A stretch of 63,197 bases of DNA, the filler included, from Licmophora abbreviata (taxonomy: Eukaryota): assembly GCA_900291995.1 (NCBI GenBank). It is 8 parts of 8 records of this genome, joined end to end, with 100 filler letters (N's around TTAATTAATTAA, not from the genome) between each part and the next. Parts side by side here need not be neighbours in the genome. Positions count along the whole stretch, not along the records: positions 54,520 to 63,197 come from OLMU01000408.1; 7 more parts are not named here. The stretch is one strand, 5' to 3'. The notes beneath the pieces are model-generated. The model was not told where the DNA came from. It was given only the letters and a program-made list of their open reading frames with translations, and made no database searches. Shown piece after piece: positions 55,867-63,197 of this stretch (its first letter is position 1; each line of letters begins with the position of its first letter). The position numbers and the translations under genes were made by a program.

Positions 55867-57839
55867 CTACGAATACGTCAAGTCGCCATCCGTATGGTTC
55901 AGGTTGGCATGAAGACTATAATCGCCTCTTCCACTCCATTGATCCGTCACAGTATTGGACACCGCACTCTTGCTCGCCGGGTCCTCATCCCCTACCATCA
56001 CATCCACACTGCCCACATTCAAGCCCATCACCTTTCGACACGCCAGGTACAGTGCAACTCCTGCCAGTATCCCATATTCCACCCCAATCACTTGTATGAG
56101 AAGAAAGGTTGCGACACAGATGCAGTACTCTGCGTCGGTCACCTTGTCTCGTACAATCCATAGCCACTCGTACAGGAGGTCCACACAAATCATAACGAGC
56201 AGGCTGCCAAAGAAAAAGTTTGGTATGTAGGAGAGTATCGGGAATGGCACGACGAGGACAATGAGCTCGCAGACTGCTAGGACGTACCCGCCAGGCGTGA
56301 CCGAATGCCGGCTCGAAGCGAAAAGATGCTCTGGCTGAAAATCTACACGAGACAATCAAGAGGGACCAAAGAAAGTAAGACCTTTGCACAGACACGAACC
56401 CATCCGCGTAACGCATCCTTGCTCCAAAACCTCAGACGTACATAGCTGCCCGTGTATCCTCCAAAGGCACCGGAAATTATGTTGCTAATGCCCACAGTCG
56501 TGAGTTCGTGATTGTAATCGAGCGGTCGTTTGAGTTCCAGCTCGATCGCCGCTACATCCAACGAGCTGGACAGGGCCACGACAAAGATCATACTCAGGAG
56601 CGTCAACACTTCTCCCGGCAGTGCGCTCCATACCACCTTGTCGACTTTCAAGTAGTCCCAGGTACGATACCACACGGGCGGTGCATCCGACTTGCGAATC
56701 CAACCATGCGTCGTCGCGTCCTCCAACGTGCTATCGGTCGCGTAGAGTATCACGTAAAAGAGGACAAAGAGGACGCCAATGCACGTAGGTAGCACAGCCA
56801 TGTGCTGAAGTCGTCTCACCAAGACGTAAATCATCAGTCCACCGGCAATGCCCGGCAACAAGAATCCAATCTTATCGGCAAGCAGGTGTATCGACATGTC
56901 GCCTCCTCCGGCCATGAGCTCGAGTCCCGACATCCCGCAGAACCATCCAATGAATGCCAAGTATCCTCCAATAACACACGTCGGTAGCATCTGCACATAC
57001 TGCGCCAGTCGCAACCGCCCCACCACGACGAGTCCAAACCCAAGCAACAGCGTCGCCAGCCCCAATCCCACCGTCACGGTCGCCAGCATGGTTTCATCAT
57101 CGTGACCATGCTCTCGGCAATACTGAGCTATGTCTTTCGCCATGCTCGACAGAAAGATCAATCCCGCATCTTGCACTTGCCCCACGGCAAAGGGTAAGCT
57201 GCTAAACATGCTAAAGCAGAATTGATGGAGCATGCCCGACACCACAGTGAGCTTTACCAAGACAGGTGTGTAAGGGACAAAGGCCTCGTCGCGATAAATG
57301 ATACTTCCAAAAGACATGAGTACAGGAAGAACAATGACGGCATTAATGAGGCCGTACAAGACACTGATCCAAACCGGATTTTCTTGGTCGAACGAAGAAA
57401 CCTCTTGTTGTTGTTGTTGTTGTTGTTGCTGTTCTGTAGCCATTGGAGCAGAGATGGTGCCGTGTGGCGTATCACTGCTGGTGCTAGGATCAGCTGGTCT
57501 CGTCGGTTTGTGGGAGACTGCGCCGTACAGCAATCCAGGCAAGATGGGTTGTTTCAATGGCAAAAGTTCCTCCCGTTCGTCGTCGGCATATGTTCCCAGA
57601 GACCGAGATCGCACCCGACGTAGGCGCGGCGCGACGGCGACGTGTAGTCTCGTGAGCATGGGACAAATTTCGCCAGGATCGAGATGCATGGGAGAGAGGG
57701 CGTCGGAAAAAGAAATGGAACGCCTCATGGAGGGACCAGTGTGCATCAACGAATCTTGTAGATTCATGTCCTCTCGGGAATCGTGATGATGATGTAGAAA
57801 AAGGTCGTCCTCGTCAAGCTGCTGCTCATCCGCATTCAT
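55867..57839 (-). CDS. SulP/SLC26 anion transporter; intron 56343-56441; apparent frameshift at 56287-56289
   Basis: SSLPFAVGQVQD, P.CVIGGYLAFIG, LDYNHEL..VGISNIISG..GGYTGSY|IFSQS, FFFGSLL...LLYEWL, GVEYGILAG. Confidence 0.88.
57405..57431 (-). repeat. CAA/CAG microsatellite encoding poly-Gln in the SulP N-terminus
   Basis: (TTG)n run on the + strand; translates as QQQQQQQQQ. Confidence 0.9.
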
Positions 57840-58240
57840 GATGATTTCAAGTTCTTGATTTCTCAGTGTTTTGTGAGACTTTCAAACAAACTTCTTTCAG
57901 TAAGGTGCAACAGCACAAGGAAACGGTCGTGCCATACAAGACAAGAGAGGCCTTCTTGCATCACTCCGACAGCGTCAGAACGAAAAAATGAAAGCGTCAA
58001 ACGCGAGACGACGCGATGAGAGAGATTTGTATGAATGCCTACTCCGGGTTATCCTACCGGTTGACGGACAACACAGTGATGTTTCCGCCACGAAAATCGA
58101 AATCGGCAGACATCTCACACAGTCACACCTCACACAATGACGACGACGAAGGCGGGGGCCGGACACTGTGTTTGGTTTGCTGGTGACAGTTTCAGTACTG
58201 TAGATCGATACTTCTTCGCTTGACACTATCTCCAATCAAC

Positions 58241-59158
58241 ATGAAAGTCTTTCTTCACTACGAAGATCACGACACCAGTGAGCTGCACAAGTCTCTCAAG
58301 ATTACACTCCCGAAGAGCTGGAAGACGGGACCCGTTTCCAAATTGCTGGGTCAATTTGTCGAGTCCTATAACAGCAACGAAACATTGGGCCCTGTCAATC
58401 CATTGAATGAATCTGACTTGCATTTGGCCTTGCGACAAGAAGGCGACCAAAGTGATACTAGTACCAATAATAGTAAGCTTGTTGCTCTGGCATCGGATGC
58501 GATTACGAATGAAGTGATTCCAGATCGAGCCGATGTGTACATTGTTCACGGTCCGAGCAAGACTCTGCAAGAAATTCAAGATGAAATCAATGGTGAAAAG
58601 GAGCGATTAAGGTTGGAACAGCTCAACACAGTCCAGTGTACCCATTTTGGCTGCAAGAAGCGATTCGATAAAGGCGGTCCGTACCCAGACTGTACCTATC
58701 ACAAGTCACCACCGGTCTTTCATGAGACGGCCAAGTTCTGGTCCTGCTGTCCGAACAAGAAAGCCTACGGCTGGACAGAATTCGAACAGATTCCGGGGTG
58801 TTGCACGGGGAAATGTACGGATGTCAAAGAGGACGAGCAGAAGGAATTCTTGGGTGGGTCTGATCTCCGCGAGCAGCTCTCCGGAGATGGCGCCAAGCTC
58901 AAGTCGATCGACGACTTCAACATGTCGCATGCCGCGGGCGGGTCTGATGCCGCGCCTGTATTGGATCGTCTGAAGAGTGTTATGGTGGAACTTGGAATTG
59001 AGGAAGAGCTGTACGATCAAGTCGTGAGTGGCATTGAACGGGAGATTGGTGGTGATACGGCTGACGCGGAGCTACTCGAAGCCGTTGCACAGGAAATGGG
59101 CTCCAAACTAAAAGGGATCATGAAGTCGATTGCTGCTGACCAATTACGAATCAAGTAG
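58241..59158 (+). CDS. CHORD-domain (Cys/His-rich Zn-binding) protein
   Basis: CTHFGCKKRF...CTYHKSPPVFHETAKFWSCC...F..IPGC..G is a CHORD domain. Confidence 0.88.
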   Translation: MKVFLHYEDHDTSELHKSLKITLPKSWKTGPVSKLLGQFVESYNSNETLGPVNPLNESDLHLALRQEGDQSDTSTNNSKLVALASDAITNEVIPDRADVYIVHGPSKTLQEIQDEINGEKERLRLEQLNTVQCTHFGCKKRFDKGGPYPDCTYHKSPPVFHETAKFWSCCPNKKAYGWTEFEQIPGCCTGKCTDVKEDEQKEFLGGSDLREQLSGDGAKLKSIDDFNMSHAAGGSDAAPVLDRLKSVMVELGIEEELYDQVVSGIEREIGGDTADAELLEAVAQEMGSKLKGIMKSIAADQLRIK

Positions 59159-59221
59159 ATGCATCATCGATTACTTGCTCATAGACTGCTCGAAAACTGG
59201 AAACCACCTAGGGTCCACAGC

Positions 59222-61622
59222 TTAAAAGACACCCTTCTTTTTGACTTCCTCGAATTCCTCGCTAAACATATCCACGACGGCACGCCTCTGCAGCTTGTTC
59301 GCCGCGGTGAGGCATCCATTCTCGGGAGTCCACGGATCCGTCAAGAGTGAGACTGCAACCAGCTTTTCCAAGTGACTGAGGCCTTCCTTCTTGTGCTCAC
59401 TCTTCATGTCCGCCATGATAGCATCCATAAGCTCCTTCGACGCCATGACAGTCTTAAAGTCGCCGCTGACGCCGTTCTCTTTTGCCCACTTCATGGTATA
59501 AACCTCATTGAGTTGCATCAGCGCCACGGGGCGATCCATATCGCCATCTCCGTAGCAGCAGATACCACCATGTACAGCATCCACAAACGTGGAGTTGCCA
59601 TACACCATCTCCATCTTTTCAATCGCCACGTACTCACCACCCTTCAGCTTGACGAGATTCTTCTTTCTGTCCACGATGCGGACACTTCCGTCCGACATGA
59701 ACTGACCAATATCACCCGTTTCGAAGAACCCGTCGTCACGGAAGACTTCTTTCGTCTTGTCGGGCATCATGTAGTAACCAAGCGCGATATTGTGACCCCG
59801 GGCGCAGATCTCACCACGGCCAAAGATGGGGTTTCCGTCGACATCGTGACGGTCAGTGCTAAGGTACGGCTGACCGGCCTTGTCGCAGATATCAGGCGTA
59901 GACTCCAGCTTGATCTCGACGGATGGAATGGGCGCTCCTGCAATACCCACGCGAGGGTCTTCCTCTACCTGGACTGTGAGGGCGGGTGTGGTCTCAGTCA
60001 AACCCTGAAATGAGAAATGATAGTACGACGTTAGCTGTTGTCAGAGATTCGAGCCGACGCAGATGTCACTATCCCAATCACGTCATAGCATAAACTTACA
60101 TATCCCTGAACCAGAGGAATTCCAAAGCAGGTGCGAACGAACTTTTGAACTTCACCGTTCAGCGGTCCTCCACCGGAAACAGCCTTCCGGAGCCGGCCTC
60201 CTAGTGCCTTGGAGAACTTTTTGAAGACCAACGCTTTGAAGAGCGGAGTGTCAAAGCCCCAGCTGTTGGCAAAGGTGCGCCACTGGAACGCCGTCTTGAC
60301 GAGAACCTGCGAGACAGGCGAAGACGCAGCGACCTTAGCCTCAATGCCTTTCTTGATGACGTCCCAAATCTTGGGTACGGCAGCCATAAGAGTCGGCGAG
60401 TATTGCTCGAGCGCACCGATCGGATAGGCTCCAGTCGCCGTAAGCGACTTCGGGTCGGCATAGCAAAGTGTGCACCCCATGGCAACCATTGCGAACTCCG
60501 CCATGAGTTCCAAGATATGTGCCAACGGCAGATAGGCGAGATAGACATCTTCTCCATTCCTAATTCCAAGCGTAACTTCACCGGACGCCACTCCCGCCAC
60601 AATGTGTTTGTGTTCAATCACCACACCTTTGGGCTTGCCGGTCGATCCGGACGTGTACATGATGACCGCACACGTGCTTGCTGTCGGTGGCGTCGGAGGA
60701 AACGCCTTGGTATCTCCCAACGCACAGAAATCGTCAAAAGACTCAATCATGACACCGCGCGGGGCACGAGGGACAACTGTGGTGTCGTCGGCAGCCACTA
60801 GGTCGTTCGTGTAAATGATCGTCTTGAGAGTTGGCATTTCTTTCTTACGATCAAGAAGACTCTGAACACTTTTCCTGTTACAGACAATAGCCGAAATATT
60901 GCCGTCGTTGACGGCATCAATTACTGCATCAAGTCCGAGAGTAGCATAGATGGTGGTAACGATAATACTCTGCGAGAAGGCTCCCATAGAGGCAATGAGC
61001 CATTCAGGGCATGTGTTTTCGAAAATGGCCAACGAGCAGGGCGTCGAGATCTTCTCCAAGGTCGTTGTCGTCGGAGCCGCCACCAGACCCGCCTTGGACA
61101 AGGCCGCGCCAAACTTGTGCGCCAACACACCGGCTTCTTCGTACGTCTTCCACGTGACTCCTCCAAAGTGCTTGACTTTGGTCGACTTCATGCCCAGAAA
61201 CGTGCGCTGACCTGTGCAATTGCGCGAGGCATACCGTTTGAAGGAATCATTGGCCAAGTCGTAGAGCGTCTCCACTCCATCGCGGGGCGTTTTGGCGAGG
61301 TTTCCTTTGAAATTCGGATCGACGCGATGGGCTTCGTCGTCTGCAACGGGGACGGAACGCACCGGTTCCGTCTCAAAGAGCTTCTTGATGATTCCGATCC
61401 ATCCGAATGTCAGGAGAGTTATCTATGGCATGTGGAGGAGCACACACGATGGATGCGATGGAGTGAGTCAAGTCAAAATCAGAATGAATCTTACGTAGGT
61501 GGAGTACCATCGAGTACGTCATTCATCGTTGATTTTTCCCGTCACAATCAGAAGCCTCGGACACTCACCAGAAAGTCAATGCTAATCAGAAGAAGCTGCA
61601 AAGGCAGCAAGAGGAGTCCCAT
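59222..61622 (-). CDS. Long-chain acyl-CoA synthetase (ACSL3/4, LACS8/9-like); introns 61423-61568 and 60005-60099
   Basis: IMYTSGSTGKPKGV, YLPLAHILE, QGY|GLTET, TGDIG, IVDRKKNLVKLKGGEYVA; N-terminal membrane anchor. Confidence 0.95.
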
Positions 61623-61934
61623 GGCAGCAAATTTCAAGGGGCGGGCAAGCGAATAAACCACAGTGGGTAGTTCAAGATACGCGCTTCTCGTCACAAGATC
61701 GCTTTCTTACGACGCGAGTGGAAACGAAAAATGCGGGAAGCAAAATATCATCCAAAACGTGATCAGGGAAATCTGTGAAATCTGAAACTCCAGATTCCCA
61801 ACTGCAACATTCCCAACTTCCCTGTCGGCCACAAACCACAAAGATCGGCGGCTCTCCTCGATACATGGACAGGTGCTGTTGTCCTTTGTTTGTCTCGTTG
61901 CAGTAGTCTTTCCAAACAGAGCGACGATACGACC

Positions 61935-63197
61935 ATGGAAGATCCAACCGAGAATGAAGGAGGCACAGCAAGTCTCAAGCCTATTTTGCTGGGCGGCGAA
62001 GACGCCATGGAAGAAGATGAAAACGTCCCCTTGGTACCGCGGCCCGACATGGCTGCCACTTCGAATGAGTTATTGTCTCGCATTGTCACTCCATCTCCTT
62101 ACGCGCACCATACGACAGGCGCCACAGCAGCGCGTTTTCGCAATGCCATGAGTCGTATAGCGACAGATCCCTTGTCGGATGTCGAGGCCTGGCAGGCCAT
62201 TATTACCGAAGCCAATACTTGCTATCGAAACTTGCAGCTGCATGCGGTCGATGCCGACACGCATGCCAAGTTGGATTGGATTGAAAGCTGCTTTGGAGCA
62301 CTGCTCAAGAACTTTCCCTATGCGCACGTCTACTATGTTTCCATTGTCGAAATGCTGCTAGCGCAAAGTGCGCGCATGGGAGAAGAGGAAGGTCCATTGA
62401 CGGACTATGGACGAGAGCCATCGCAGCGGGTTCTGCGGTGCGAGGCCAAGGTGGAAGTTATCTTTCAGAATGTGTTGGGAGTCGAAATGGATGGATCGCC
62501 TGTACAAGATAACATGATTGGGGGAATGTGCTCTTCGTCCGTCGAATTGTGGTTGCTCTACGTGCGAAAACGCATTCGGGATGCCAATCGGCACGTCATG
62601 TCGACACCCGACGAAAAAGCCGCATTGGTGCGACAATGGTCAACGGATGCCTATGAAGTGGCAATTAAACACTGCTCGTATGCCTACAACAATCACTTGA
62701 TCTGGAAACAGTACTTGATGTTTGTCAAATCGTGGATTCCGAATCCGGCGTCGAATGTCGACCACGCATTATCTCAAAAACAAATGGTGCAGCTTCGGTC
62801 CGTGTTTCAGAGACTGGCATCCCATCCCATGACTGGTCTGGATCAGCTATGGCAGGAATATGAAGCCTTTGAACGCAGCCAGAATGAAGCCTTAGCTGCT
62901 GCATTGATTGCTGAGCACCTTCCCAAATATCAACACGCACGAGGTGTCTATCTGGAAAGAAACCGTGTGTACAATGTTTCGGATCTGCAAATGGGACGAC
63001 TGGCGACGCCGCCGGCGAATACAGAGGACGAAGACTACGCCACCAGGGTTCAAGAGGAAATTGAGCTCTTGACTCTCTGGAAGAAACGGTGTTCGTACGA
63101 ACGAACAAATCCAGAGCGTCTCGCCGCCGCCGATCTGGTGCAACGAGTACGACACGCCTACAAGGAAATGGCGTGTGCACTAACGCGCCACCCGGAG
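61935..63197 (+). CDS. CSTF3: Cleavage stimulation factor 77 kDa subunit (Rna14/Suf, HAT repeats), 3'-partial
   Basis: Open frame to the window end (missing from the ORF track): DP.SDVEAWQ, SVELWLLY, IWKQYLMF, PMTGLDQLWQEYEAFE, LWKKRCSYERTNP, RVRHAY...HPE. Confidence 0.9.
   Translation, partial: MEDPTENEGGTASLKPILLGGEDAMEEDENVPLVPRPDMAATSNELLSRIVTPSPYAHHTTGATAARFRNAMSRIATDPLSDVEAWQAIITEANTCYRNLQLHAVDADTHAKLDWIESCFGALLKNFPYAHVYYVSIVEMLLAQSARMGEEEGPLTDYGREPSQRVLRCEAKVEVIFQNVLGVEMDGSPVQDNMIGGMCSSSVELWLLYVRKRIRDANRHVMSTPDEKAALVRQWSTDAYEVAIKHCSYAYNNHLIWKQYLMFVKSWIPNPASNVDHALSQKQMVQLRSVFQRLASHPMTGLDQLWQEYEAFERSQNEALAAALIAEHLPKYQHARGVYLERNRVYNVSDLQMGRLATPPANTEDEDYATRVQEEIELLTLWKKRCSYERTNPERLAAADLVQRVRHAYKEMACALTRHPE

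Noticed and set aside
1031..56289. Programmed ribosomal frameshifting as explanation for the split genes
   Set aside because: No shared slippery sequence, mixed directions and all in short base runs; sequencing error is more parsimonious
53965..61622. PPTase plus acyl-CoA synthetase as a PKS/NRPS cluster
   Set aside because: No PKS/NRPS or carrier protein gene nearby; both look like housekeeping enzymes separated by unrelated genes
1..63197. Transposons, CRISPR arrays, rRNA or tRNA genes
   Set aside because: No transposase, reverse transcriptase or integrase motifs, no repeat-spacer array and no recognisable structural RNA found

Overview
Compact eukaryotic nuclear DNA, most likely from a diatom (inference). 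Support: short GT-AG introns, bipartite ASAFAP-type plastid presequences, a diatom-specific-type cyclin, an HSF factor and a chloroplast-sensor-kinase-like histidine kinase. I can support about 36 protein-coding genes, mostly in head-to-head or tail-to-tail pairs. Housekeeping genes include UTP14, a DHX57/DHX29-like helicase, TFIIE-alpha, capping protein alpha, importin-11-like, MCTS1, CstF77, LACS, IMPase, PPTase, MFSD5 and SulP. Seven 100-bp scaffold gaps carry an artificial TTAATTAATTAA linker. Five genes have single-base frameshifts in short base runs, which look like sequencing errors. I found no rRNA, tRNA, CRISPR array or intact transposon, and I cannot demonstrate a novel system from the sequence alone. 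Best leads: (i) a 24.8-34.9 kb run of intronless modifying enzymes, including a prokaryote-like PqqB-family hydrolase; (ii) enzymes with altered catalytic or Zn motifs (a DHFC palmitoyltransferase and a tandem-domain cytidine deaminase); (iii) plastid signalling/carotenoid genes (CSK-like, D27-like) and uncharacterised plastid-targeted proteins; (iv) an ankyrin-TRP channel; (v) an intergenic hairpin and a repeated palindromic motif in divergent promoters. All family assignments come from motif recognition by eye, not from database searches.
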